Below the pieces are notes generated by a model, which worked only from the letters and a program-made list of their open reading frames with translations, was not told the DNA's origin and did not search any database. The position numbers and the translations under genes were made by a program. Of a stretch of 64,000 nucleotides of DNA, positions 38,162 through 47,422 are shown in pieces. The stretch is from positions 512,001 through 576,000 of the forward strand of contig JAEHCO010000001.1 in NCBI GenBank assembly GCA_020697715.1, written 5' to 3'. How positions within the stretch are numbered: the stretch's first letter is position 1; every line of letters starts with the position of its first letter. The stretch is from Methanobacteriota archaeon (GTDB taxonomy: Archaea; Thermoplasmatota; Thermoplasmata; SG8-5; JAGLSY01).

Positions 38162-39622
38162 TCATTCAAGTTCTTTCAAACAGATATCCAGGTTCTTCTC
38201 CGCATCCGCATTGCCCGGTGATATTTCCAATATCTTGCCATAACAATCAGCGGCATCCTGCCAATTTTTCAATTGAAATGAACCATTGGCCAATGTGAAC
38301 CACGCAGGTAGCGAATCTGGTCTTGATCGAAGAACTTCTGATACAGAGCTCATGGCCTTGTTTCCCTCACCCAGTTCATAATGTGATTGGGCTCTCATGC
38401 AGAGGGCCATCTCATCATATGGATTGATCTTCAAGGCTTTTTTGTAGTATGATATAGCTTCTTCATGTCTGCCCTTTTTGGCCAGTGACTTCGCCCTGTT
38501 CACAAGCCCACTAAAATCCTTTGGCTCGGTCAATTTCTTCTTTTTCTTCTTTCCTTTATCGGATTCATCCAGTTCGATGATCTCATCGTCCATGGCCCCC
38601 AGGGTCTCACTCCTGTAATAGTAAACATATCGTCCTTTTTTCTCCTTGTTCACCATCCCCCTCTCTTCCAGGTCTTTCAATCCTCTCTGGAAGGTGGATT
38701 CTGACATATCGTCCTTGACACTCTTCTTGATATCAGATCTGGAGATGGGATCATCCCCTATGCTCTCGAAAAGTTTCTGCTGGCTCTCATTGAGATGATC
38801 CGAGATATGATCATATTCACTCTCGATGATCTCCATTTCCGAGCTCAATTCCTGCAGATCGGCCTCCATCTTTTCCTGAACATCCTTTGGCTTTGATTTT
38901 TTCTTCTTTGTCCTTGTCTTTGCTGGCATTTCTTCCTCTGCCAAGCTTTTCTTCAAGATATTGAGTGCCTTCTCAGCCTTGGTGAAATCAGGATTGAGCC
39001 TATGAGCCCTTTCCAGGCATATGATCGCCTTACCGAATTTCTTCTGACCTATCAATGCCTTTCCTTTGATATACCAGCCCTCTGCAAAGGTCGGTCTCTC
39101 TTTCAGAACACCATCAATAAGTTCAATGGCTCCAGAATAATCCTTGGTATGTGTCAATGACACAGCTAGATTGTTCATAGCTGCCACATATCCAGGATCT
39201 ATCTCCAAGGCCTTTTTGTAACACGCTATGGACTCATCATGCTTGTCCATCTTGGCCAGTAGGTTTCCTTTATTGTTCCAGGCGGCTTCATGATCTGGTC
39301 TGAGCTCCAGCGCGGCATCGTAATATTCCATGGCCTCGCTATAATTCTTCATCTTGGCATATATCATTCCGATATTGGAGATGGCATCGATATACACCCC
39401 GTCCAGCTCCAGAGCTTTAAGGTGGCATTTTAGAGCTTCTTGGTACTTGCCAACTATGGCAAGAACCAAGCCTTTATTATTCCAAGCAATGGGATTATCT
39501 GGATCGGTCTTTATCGCGGCATTGTAGGACTGCATAGCGGGTCCTAGCTCGCCTTTCCTATAATGATCATTACCCTTGGCTATTACCTTTGAGACATTTG
39601 GTTTTGAGAAAGGCCTGGCCAT
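38162..39622 (-). CDS. TPR - winged-helix - TPR protein
   Basis: N- and C-terminal TPR blocks around a wHTH-like segment (SESTFQRGLKDLEERGMVNKEKKGRYVYY). Start may be 39622 or 39664. Confidence 0.8.
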   Translation of the reverse strand: MARPFSKPNVSKVIAKGNDHYRKGELGPAMQSYNAAIKTDPDNPIAWNNKGLVLAIVGKYQEALKCHLKALELDGVYIDAISNIGMIYAKMKNYSEAMEYYDAALELRPDHEAAWNNKGNLLAKMDKHDESIACYKKALEIDPGYVAAMNNLAVSLTHTKDYSGAIELIDGVLKERPTFAEGWYIKGKALIGQKKFGKAIICLERAHRLNPDFTKAEKALNILKKSLAEEEMPAKTRTKKKKSKPKDVQEKMEADLQELSSEMEIIESEYDHISDHLNESQQKLFESIGDDPISRSDIKKSVKDDMSESTFQRGLKDLEERGMVNKEKKGRYVYYYRSETLGAMDDEIIELDESDKGKKKKKKLTEPKDFSGLVNRAKSLAKKGRHEEAISYYKKALKINPYDEMALCMRAQSHYELGEGNKAMSSVSEVLRSRPDSLPAWFTLANGSFQLKNWQDAADCYGKILEISPGNADAEKNLDICLKELE

Positions 39623-39796
39623 TCCTATAGAACCCACGATAATACCGTATTTGATCATATTCAATTCAAGACGCTCCTACCACCGAGGTATGTGGATTTG
39701 TATCTAAATACTTAACGCTTTATGGATGATAGATCACGATGGTAAAACCATGATGAAAATTGATAGATGATGATCATCCATGAATAACAATTTTGA

Positions 39797-39915
39797 TCAA
39801 TCATGAATGTTCAATATTTGTATGGCCTTGTGAACGTCAACACAGGTGTTGACGGATCCAATTCAATCATGAATGTTCAATATTTGTATGGCCTTGTGAA
39901 CGTCAACACAGGTGT
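39797..39915. repeat. 53-bp direct duplication of the 3' end of the DUF116 gene
   Basis: tcaatcatgaatgttcaatatttgtatggccttgtgaacgtcaacacaggtgt at 39797-39849 and 39863-39915. Confidence 0.92.
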
Positions 39916-40405
39916 CCACGCACCCATCTTTGCTGAGTTGCACACCCTGGTATGGGATATTGGCCATGGTCAGCTTCTCGAATGCTTCTTCAAGCTCGAA
40001 CAGGCAGGCAATGCCGACGCAGGCTGCTGGCGTATGCTGTTTGATGATCTTGAAGACCAGACTTCCACCTGGGACGATATAGACTTGGTAACCCAAGCCC
40101 AGTGCATGACTCTTTATTTTGGTTATGTCGCAATCCCCGCAGTCCAGACACTGTAATCCCGTGCTGGTGATCTCCGCCTTGCAGGTCTTGGATGATTTCA
40201 TACAATGGGAAATGAAAAGCGCCCTCTGGCTGTAGGGTATCTTGGAAAATGTCCTCAGGTTCAATCTATTTCTTACTTCAACGTAGATACTGTCCAAAGC
40301 CCGCGTGTCATAGCCTATGAATTTCAATGCCGAGCGAACAGCATCCTTGGTTCCCACATCCAAACCCAAGCTGATCAACCTGTTCGTCATTTCTTCAACA
40401 TGCAT
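39863..40405 (-). CDS. DUF116-family protein
   Basis: RALFISHCM...C...CLDCGDC...VYIVPGGS...VGIACLFEL...GVQLSKDGCVDT. Confidence 0.82.
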   Translation of the reverse strand: MHVEEMTNRLISLGLDVGTKDAVRSALKFIGYDTRALDSIYVEVRNRLNLRTFSKIPYSQRALFISHCMKSSKTCKAEITSTGLQCLDCGDCDITKIKSHALGLGYQVYIVPGGSLVFKIIKQHTPAACVGIACLFELEEAFEKLTMANIPYQGVQLSKDGCVDTCVDVHKAIQILNIHD

Positions 40406-40441
40406 ACGGACATCATATACAATGAAGGACTATTTAAATAA

Positions 40442-42457
40442 TTAGCCAGACATGAGAGCACTAAGTCGGTATATACCAGTGTCGCAAATATGACTTAGGA
40501 AGCACTTACCGCATTGAGGATTAATTGGCTTGCAGATCTCCTGCCCATGCCTTACTAAAAGGCGGTTGATATCGATCCAGTATTCTTTTGGTAATATCTT
40601 TTCGAGAGCGATCTCGGTATCATCGGGAACCTGAGATCTTACCAATCCCATCAGATTGGATATCCTATGCACATGTGTATCGACGGCGATCGCTGGCCTT
40701 TCAAAACCATAGACCAGTACGCAATTCGCAGTCTTCCTGCCCACACCAGGAAGATCAAGAAGATCATCCATATCCTCCGGCACCTGGGAGCCATGCTTCT
40801 CGACAAGGATCCTCGCGGTCTCCATTATCTTTTTTGTCTTCTGAACATAGAATCCAGCTGGTTTGATAAGTCTCTCCACCTCTTCAGGATCGGCATCGGC
40901 CAGCTTTTCTGGAGTATCGTACACGGCGAACAGATTTTCAGAAGCGATGTGCGTGTTCTGATCGCGTGTTCGTTGGGACAATATCGTGGATATCAGAACA
41001 TTGTATGCATCTCCGGACCTCTTACCCAGTGTTGTTTCGTGACCTGTTTCATCATCAATTTCCCGTCCTGGCTTATAGGTCTCATTTCCTCCCACTTCCA
41101 ACCCAGGAAATGCACCGATGGGATACGCTTTCTTGAGCTCGTGAAATATGATATCGATCCTCAGTTGGTTCAGGTGAGCCAGAGCATCCGAGGCAGTGAA
41201 TATCGAGCCTGTGATAAGTATCGCGGATCTGTCATCATCACCTGCTGTTTTTAGAGCTTTATCTATAGCATCTTTAACCTTCTTTTCAGTGCTTACCTCG
41301 ATGCCCTTCGAGATATGCCTGGCCAATTCCTCCGCCAGCATGGCGCGATGATAATCTGGAGCAGTTATGATGATCTCATCAAATAGGAGTTCGACCTTCT
41401 CCATGAACCCCTTTGTATCCTTATCTTCCAGCATCCCGATAATGCCAATGATCTTTTTATCGGCCAGCTCTTCCAAAACAAAGTCCTTCAATGCCTCGGC
41501 TCCGGGTGGATTGTGGGTTCCGTCCAGTATTACAAGTGGCGAGGTTCTGGCCACTTGTAGCCTCCCCCTCCATCTTGTGGTTTCTATGCCTTTGTGAAGA
41601 TCATCCTGGTCGATCTCGTATCCCAGTTCGACCAGTTTATCAATCGCGGCAATGCTGATCATCGCATTGCCGATCTGGTGCTTGCCAGCAAGTGGAACCC
41701 GAATGTTCTTCATGATCCCATTCGGGGTTTTGATATCGACATCTGATCCATAAATATCGGACTCGATCCTCAGGGCCTGGTAATCGTCATGTACCAGTAT
41801 CAATCCTGCCTTCATTTTTTTGGCCTTTTTCTGTATAATGTCAATGGCATCCGCCTGTCTGGCCCCACAAATAACAGGCCGGTTCTTTTTGATGATCCCG
41901 GCCTTCTCAAAAGCAATGTCCCGGATGCTGTCACCCAAGTGCTGGACATGATCAAGACCGATGTTCGTAATTACAGAAATAATTGGATCCGTAACATTGG
42001 TCGAGTCCAGACGCCCTCCCATGCCGACTTCCATGATGGCGATGTCCACTTTTTTCCGAGAAAATATGTCGAAAGCCATCGAGGTCGTGGCCTCGAAGAA
42101 GGTGCATTTTATCTCATCATCACGACTGGCCAGCTTCTCGATCTTCGGCTTAATTCGCTTGATCGAGTTGGCGATATCCCCCTCGCTTACAGGAAACCCA
42201 TTTACCGCGATCCTCTCTGCGAAATCACTCAGATGCGGGGAAGTGTAGGTTCCCACCTTGTAGCCAGCTTTTACCAGTATGCTGGTCAGAATAGCACAGA
42301 CCGAGCCTTTTCCATTGGTTCCAGCCACATGGATTATCTTCAGTTTTTCATGTGGACTTCCCAGCTCGGCCAGTAAAGCCTCTGTATTGGCCAGCCCCAG
42401 TTTCATACCGTGCCACTGGAGATCGTATAGCCATTCGAGATGTTCATCATAGTTCAT
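40442..42457 (-). CDS. folC: Fusion of folylpolyglutamate/dihydrofolate synthase (FolC) and endonuclease III (Nth)
   Basis: N-part: HVAGTNGKGS, YTSPHL, EVGMGGRLDSTN, DGTHNP, ITGS. C-part: LSQRTRD, HhH LPGVGRKTAN, VDTHVHRISN, C-x6-C-x2-C-x5-C 4Fe-4S motif. Confidence 0.9.
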   Translation of the reverse strand: MNYDEHLEWLYDLQWHGMKLGLANTEALLAELGSPHEKLKIIHVAGTNGKGSVCAILTSILVKAGYKVGTYTSPHLSDFAERIAVNGFPVSEGDIANSIKRIKPKIEKLASRDDEIKCTFFEATTSMAFDIFSRKKVDIAIMEVGMGGRLDSTNVTDPIISVITNIGLDHVQHLGDSIRDIAFEKAGIIKKNRPVICGARQADAIDIIQKKAKKMKAGLILVHDDYQALRIESDIYGSDVDIKTPNGIMKNIRVPLAGKHQIGNAMISIAAIDKLVELGYEIDQDDLHKGIETTRWRGRLQVARTSPLVILDGTHNPPGAEALKDFVLEELADKKIIGIIGMLEDKDTKGFMEKVELLFDEIIITAPDYHRAMLAEELARHISKGIEVSTEKKVKDAIDKALKTAGDDDRSAILITGSIFTASDALAHLNQLRIDIIFHELKKAYPIGAFPGLEVGGNETYKPGREIDDETGHETTLGKRSGDAYNVLISTILSQRTRDQNTHIASENLFAVYDTPEKLADADPEEVERLIKPAGFYVQKTKKIMETARILVEKHGSQVPEDMDDLLDLPGVGRKTANCVLVYGFERPAIAVDTHVHRISNLMGLVRSQVPDDTEIALEKILPKEYWIDINRLLVRHGQEICKPINPQCGKCFLSHICDTGIYRLSALMSG

Positions 42458-42515
42458 GGTAGCGGTACTGGATTTGATAACATCATATTAAAATCCCGCC
42501 CCATTATGTTTAGAT

Positions 42516-44060
42516 CTAATGCTTCAAACACCGCATACCGGTGAACACCATCGCGATATCATTCTCATTCGCGCAGTCAATGACTTCCTGGTCTCGGATC
42601 GACCCACCAGGATGAATTATGGCAGTGATCCCAGCCTTGGCAGCGGCCTCCACACTGTCCTTGAAGGGAAAGAACGCGTCGCTGGCCATGATCGCTCCTT
42701 TGGCACTATCGCCCGCTTTCTTTATCGCGATATCCACAGCACCCACCCGACTTACTTGGCCAGGCCCGACACCGATCATAACTTTGTCTTTGGCTAGAGC
42801 TATTCCATTGGAGTTAACGTGCTTGACCACTTTCCAACCGAATATCATGTCCTCCATTTCCTTGGCCGTTGGCTCGCGGTTTGTCACGGTTTTCAAAGTA
42901 GATGGATCAAGAACTTCCAGGTCTCTTGATTGAACCAGTAGGCCACCTGTAACTCTTTTGATATCCGTGTTCGGCATCTTGTCTCCAAGCTCGCCAGTCT
43001 CAAGAAGCATGACCTTTTTCTTTTCCAGAATAGGTAATGAATCCGGGTGGAAGGAAGGAGCTATTATGCAATCTAAAAATATTTTCCTCATGGCGGTAGC
43101 CGTGTCCACATCCAGCTCCCTGTTCAGGCTGACGATCCCGCCATAGGCCGATAAGGGGTCCGCTCCCAGGGCTTGTTTGAAAGCATCCGCGATATTGCCC
43201 GCACTGGCAACTCCGCTGGGATTCATGTGCTTGACCACCGCCACTGTCGGCTCTTCAAAATCCTTCACAAGCTCGATGGCCGCGTCTATGTCCAGTATAT
43301 TGTTGAATGACAATCCTTTACCTTTCAATTTCTTAGAATTCGCGATGCAAGGTTCCTTCAATTCGATATCTCGATAGAAGGCCGCTGTCTGATAGGGATT
43401 TTCTCCATATCGCAGATCTTGAACTTTCTTGAATGGTAATATGTATCTTTGTGGAAATTCATCACCGCCCAGCATACTTCCGAGCTTCTGAGATATGATC
43501 GCATCGTATTCCGCAGTTCGGGAGAATGCCTCGACAGCCAGTTTTCTTCTGGTGTCAAGGCTGACATCCCCATTTTTCTTTATCTCTTCCACCACAGCCT
43601 GATATTGTGCTGGCTCGATCACGATGATGGTATTTTCATGGTTCTTGGCAGCCGCTCTCACCATCGTCGGTCCGCCGATGTCGATGTTCTCTATAGCGTC
43701 CTCCACTGTCACGGCCGCTTTTTTCATGGTCTCTTCGAAAGGATACAAGTTCACGGCAACCAGATCGATCATGGCTAATTTGTGCTTCTTCATCTGTTCG
43801 ATATGATCTGGATCATCCTTTTTCGCCAGTATGCCCGCGTGTATGGCCGGATGGAGGGTCTTAACTCTGCCATCCAGTATCTCGGGGAATGAGATGATAT
43901 CCGATATTCTTTTGACATCGATACCGCCTTCATGAAGTGTCTTGAAGGTACCGCCAGTGGAAATTATCTCCCAATCCATTTCTGCCAATTGACTGGCGAA
44001 TTGCAATACATCTGTTTTGTCCGAAACACTGATAAGAGCTCTTTTGGAATCTTCGACCAA
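42516..44060 (-). CDS. purH: Bifunctional AICAR transformylase / IMP cyclohydrolase
   Basis: RALISVSDKT, GRVKTLHP, IDIGGP, LRYGENP, KHMNP, ASDAFFPF, PGGSIRD. Likely start is TTG 44060, after AGGAG. Confidence 0.95.
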   Translation of the reverse strand: MVEDSKRALISVSDKTDVLQFASQLAEMDWEIISTGGTFKTLHEGGIDVKRISDIISFPEILDGRVKTLHPAIHAGILAKKDDPDHIEQMKKHKLAMIDLVAVNLYPFEETMKKAAVTVEDAIENIDIGGPTMVRAAAKNHENTIIVIEPAQYQAVVEEIKKNGDVSLDTRRKLAVEAFSRTAEYDAIISQKLGSMLGGDEFPQRYILPFKKVQDLRYGENPYQTAAFYRDIELKEPCIANSKKLKGKGLSFNNILDIDAAIELVKDFEEPTVAVVKHMNPSGVASAGNIADAFKQALGADPLSAYGGIVSLNRELDVDTATAMRKIFLDCIIAPSFHPDSLPILEKKKVMLLETGELGDKMPNTDIKRVTGGLLVQSRDLEVLDPSTLKTVTNREPTAKEMEDMIFGWKVVKHVNSNGIALAKDKVMIGVGPGQVSRVGAVDIAIKKAGDSAKGAIMASDAFFPFKDSVEAAAKAGITAIIHPGGSIRDQEVIDCANENDIAMVFTGMRCLKH

Positions 44061-44192
44061 CTTAACATCTCCTTTCGTGGCCTCTCCACTCGACCCAGAT
44101 GATGGATCATAGGGGGACGACCCAACCTCGAATAGCATTCCACGTCATAAACATTGTGAATGGAATTCATTGGAATTCTTGAAAGCCAAATT

Positions 44193-44675
44193 CTATTCCA
44201 GCTTCCCAGAGAGCTCTACCGCCCACTTCCTCACCATCTCCGGATCCGCAGTATCCTTTTTCTCATCTTTATTTCCGCCTGGCTCGGGCATCCTTCCTGG
44301 AAATGCTCGATATTCCAGAGGTTCAAGTCCATATTTCTCGACAAGGGGCCGAAGAAATCTCTCTCTTGCCTGTTCCGGATCCTCGATAGCGATGCCGCTG
44401 GATAAGAATATGACCAGCGTCTTGTTCTTCAAAGCCTTTTGCTTTAAAAATCTCTTCCCACGGCCATAGACCCTGAACATTCTCACCCCAGTTCCCAGGA
44501 TCACATGATCATATTTCGTGATATCTGGCTTTTTGCCCCGTTTCAGATCCACCTGTTCCACCTGGAATCCATTTGCGATCAATATGCCCGCCACGATGCT
44601 GGAATATTCTTCAGTCACTCCGCCCTTTGTGGTATAAGCAATCAGCACTCGTCCCGCTCTTTCATTAGATGCCAT
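44193..44675 (-). CDS. Flavodoxin-domain protein
   Basis: LIAYTTKGGVT FMN-loop-like start, YDHVILGT and C-terminal D..VRKWA. Confidence 0.75.
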   Translation of the reverse strand: MASNERAGRVLIAYTTKGGVTEEYSSIVAGILIANGFQVEQVDLKRGKKPDITKYDHVILGTGVRMFRVYGRGKRFLKQKALKNKTLVIFLSSGIAIEDPEQARERFLRPLVEKYGLEPLEYRAFPGRMPEPGGNKDEKKDTADPEMVRKWAVELSGKLE

Positions 44676-45204
44676 TCAGATCCACCTCACATAATTTACA
44701 GAGCTCGTCATGCAGAGCTCTGGCTCTATCAGCAGCAACATCCAGCCCTTTATCTATACATTCCTGCACGAACATTGCTGACGTAATCTTCGCATCTGGT
44801 GATCCAGGGTTTCCAATAAGATTGTCAGAGTATGCGACTATCTTCTCTTCCAGGGTGACAGGAATATAATCGCCATCAGGAAAACCAAGAGAGCGTGCCT
44901 CTTCAGGTGTCAGGCCTGCGCCTATGTGCTTACGAACGATATCGACAATTCGAGTATCCATGCCTCTTCTTTCGAGTATCTCCACACCTCGTACACCATG
45001 CTGGATATCATGGGTCACACTTCGACCCACGTCGTGCAACAGGGCTCCAGCAGAAATTAATTTCAGATCGACCCCAGCTCTGCATTTCTCTCCGACCTTC
45101 ATAGCCAATGATTCAACGGCCAGGCAGTGCTCGATGACATTTGGCTCGCATCCTTCTTCTTTCAAAACAGTAAGGCATTCTGCCCTTGTCGGAAGTTCGG
45201 TCAT
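44665..45204 (-). CDS. HD (HDIG) domain phosphohydrolase
   Basis: VIEHC, ALLHDVGR, HG, HIGAG, EEKIVAYSD. Confidence 0.88.
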   Translation of the reverse strand: MTELPTRAECLTVLKEEGCEPNVIEHCLAVESLAMKVGEKCRAGVDLKLISAGALLHDVGRSVTHDIQHGVRGVEILERRGMDTRIVDIVRKHIGAGLTPEEARSLGFPDGDYIPVTLEEKIVAYSDNLIGNPGSPDAKITSAMFVQECIDKGLDVAADRARALHDELCKLCEVDLNGI

Positions 45205-45719
45205 TCCTCGACCACGACCTTTCCCTTATTGCTCGGTATGATCTTCATCTTGCCTTTAAGTTCCTTCATGGCATTACCATCATGATACCTATCCAGGAAC
45301 ATGGCCAGTGCCGCGACCTCCGAGTGTGGCTGGTTCCCCACCGAGATATTGAAATCCGCGGCCTTGTAAACCTCCCCAGGCACCTTCTCCGCGCCAACTA
45401 TAACGAGAACATTGTTATTGTCGTCTCCATCCTTATCCTTGATGGCAGCCACTGCCTCATCAAGCTCCATACCGTACATGGTGAGGTGGGCGATGATACC
45501 CTTCCACTCGCCAATGATCCTCCTCCATTTGACCCCGGTCTCTATACTGGCCCCCTCGCCAAATCTCTCATTCACACTATTGAATGTGGATTCCAATTCT
45601 CTATCTGCAAGGTCCACCAATATCCTGTCTGCTCCAAAAGCCCTTGCAACAAGACATACATGGGTGGTGATCCGCTTATCCCTTTCAGGTCTATGGCCTA
45701 TCCTCAAGATGGTTATCAT
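45201..45719 (-). CDS. trm56: tRNA (cytidine56-2'-O)-methyltransferase aTrm56
   Basis: LRIGHRPERDKRITTHVCLVARAFGA, HLTMYG, VGAEKVP, NQPHSEVAAL. Confidence 0.95.
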   Translation of the reverse strand: MITILRIGHRPERDKRITTHVCLVARAFGADRILVDLADRELESTFNSVNERFGEGASIETGVKWRRIIGEWKGIIAHLTMYGMELDEAVAAIKDKDGDDNNNVLVIVGAEKVPGEVYKAADFNISVGNQPHSEVAALAMFLDRYHDGNAMKELKGKMKIIPSNKGKVVVEE

Positions 45720-45843
45720 TCTACATCCTCTTTGGTATCTGATATTATACAGTCATATATGAATATCTGGTATATCAATACCCGAGATATCGATGTCTAA
45801 TAGATATCATTTTGATAGATAATATTTCCTATAAAATATGCTC

Positions 45844-46356
45844 TTATTCCACATATATCTCGATCCGATGGCCCCTGTACTCGAGCTTTGCAGATCGTTT
45901 TATGAGTGCTTTCAGCATAATGGCAGAGACCTCGAGCTTCTCAGCCACGTCTCCTGAGAAGGCTCCATCATCCTCTTTTTCAACCATTATGATGATCTCA
46001 TCCTCGATCTTTTTGTATTCCTTATCTGGAATGCCTGCAGCAGCTATGATGTCACTGATCTCGAACACAGATGCGGATGTATTGATATGGAAAGATGAAT
46101 AATATGTGTGATAGGCTTTCACGGGCTTTGTTGAAGTGTTATCATTGGGTTGCTGCCATCTGGTCTCGACGAGCTTCATTTTCTCAAAGATCCTCAAAGC
46201 CTTTCTTCCGTCCTTTCCGAACTTCTCTTCGATAAAGTTGACAGTTTTCCAGTCTACTGAGATCTCCTTGAATATCTCACGTTTAAGGTCTGTGTCCACA
46301 GCTCTGAAGACCGAAACAAGCTCGGCTGGTTCATTTATTACTTTGATTCTGTTCAT
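45844..46356 (-). CDS. Archaeal ArsR-like/HTH conserved protein
   Basis: MNRIKVINEPAELV...LVETRW...KAYHTYYS pattern typical of a conserved euryarchaeal family. The real start is ATG 46356; the ORF-track extension overlaps a tRNA. Confidence 0.72.
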   Translation of the reverse strand: MNRIKVINEPAELVSVFRAVDTDLKREIFKEISVDWKTVNFIEEKFGKDGRKALRIFEKMKLVETRWQQPNDNTSTKPVKAYHTYYSSFHINTSASVFEISDIIAAAGIPDKEYKKIEDEIIIMVEKEDDGAFSGDVAEKLEVSAIMLKALIKRSAKLEYRGHRIEIYVE

Positions 46357-46518
46357 GAATACCTGACCCTGTATCCTGTTATAACGATATAAAACCATCT
46401 GAATGAAAACTTGTCGAATATTTATAGGTGTGCTAGGGCGTACACTGGCATGGTGTATCGTAGGATATGTGACAACATCGACAAGTCTAAATATCTCCGC
46501 TTTAATCCCCGAGTCCAA

Positions 46519-46602
46519 GCCGAGATAGCTCAGCCTGGTAGGGCGCAAGACTGGAAATCTTGTGTGGGTTACCACTCGGGAGTTCGAATCTCCCTCTCGG
46601 CG
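46519..46602 (+). tRNA. tRNA-Ser(GGA)
   Basis: GCCGAGA/TCTCGGC acceptor, CAAGA-CTGGAAA-TCTTG anticodon arm, long variable arm GTGG-GTTA-CCAC, GGGAG-TTCGAAT-CTCCC, G73. Confidence 0.95.
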
Positions 46603-46723
46603 CTTTTCTTCTAATATAACTCCCGAGCGAGCAGTGCCGGACGATTTTTCTTTTGTAATGGAATACTTGTTCTTTTTGAGTCCGGCCAGCACAGCGAGGA
46701 ATAAAAGAAAAGGCTTCCGTTCT

Positions 46724-46745
46724 GAATCTCCCTCTCGGCGCTTTT
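46724..46745 (+). repeat. Duplicate of the tRNA-Ser 3' end (att-like)
   Basis: gaatctccctctcggcgctttt is identical to 46586-46607 (offset 138 bp). Confidence 0.85.
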
Positions 46746-47030
46746 ATGTTTTGAACATCCTCGTCCTCTATCATTGATATTTCATTACACCAGACGAGGT
46801 TTTCGATTAGGGAGCACTCTGTATTTGTCACTCGCTAGGCCATTGATTTTAGTACCCCGCCCCTGTATTTTTCGGGATTGCTCCGTCTGGCACTGAGATA
46901 TAGAATGACTTCGCAACCTTCGAAATTCTGGATGCCATCATCGAATATAGGGCGAATTTCTTCAGGCGGGGCATGTTCGAATGCAAATGCCTTGAATAAA
47001 AATTAAATTACAGAGTGAGCGGATCCCCAC

Positions 47031-47405
47031 TCACTCTGTATCATTCATATTATCCAAGGCTATTTTGACCTTGGTATAGCATTCATCCAGGCCTTTTTTT
47101 GCCATCCGGTATAGTTCTTTTTTTGGCACTCGCTGATAATAATTAGAATACCCTCTGGGTGTGCCAGATCTTTTTTCCTTGTAGCAGATCCCGGCTGCAA
47201 CCAGCTTTTCAAGACTTCTGTGTGCGGTGGACCTGTCTTTGCCTATTGCCTCTCCAACATCGTGAGCGGTGATGCCATCATTACTTGGAAGACTTTCAAG
47301 AGCCTTAATATCGGTATCAGTCAGAGCATGTATGCATTTAACGACATCCATACATGATAATGAATTTGGATCCATCCTTGAAAGCTTTCCCATTTTTTCC
47401 ATCAT
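47031..47405 (-). CDS. HTH transcriptional regulator (TrmB/COG3355-like)
   Basis: VVKCIHALTDTD...TAHDVGEAIGKDRSTAHRSLEKLV. Confidence 0.8.
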   Translation of the reverse strand: MMEKMGKLSRMDPNSLSCMDVVKCIHALTDTDIKALESLPSNDGITAHDVGEAIGKDRSTAHRSLEKLVAAGICYKEKRSGTPRGYSNYYQRVPKKELYRMAKKGLDECYTKVKIALDNMNDTE

Positions 47406-47422
47406 TGTACCCCATTCCTTGT

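Noticed and set aside
39797-39915. Possible CRISPR array
   Set aside because: Only two 53-bp copies, a 13-bp spacer, one copy is coding, and no cas genes are present.
39803-40156. Plus-strand ORF with repeated MNVQYLYGLVNVNTGV
   Set aside because: A by-product of the 66-bp-period duplication, antisense to the DUF116 gene.
44193-44675. Calling the flavodoxin protein HemG
   Set aside because: The fold is generic, the gene lies outside the heme operon, and the Ahb route does not need protoporphyrinogen oxidase.
46357-46692. N-terminal extension of ORF 45844..46692
   Set aside because: It overlaps tRNA-Ser on the opposite strand; family similarity begins at Met 46356.
46746-47030. Possible pseudogene or integrase remnant after tRNA-Ser
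   Set aside because: The short frames I translated show no recognisable motif.
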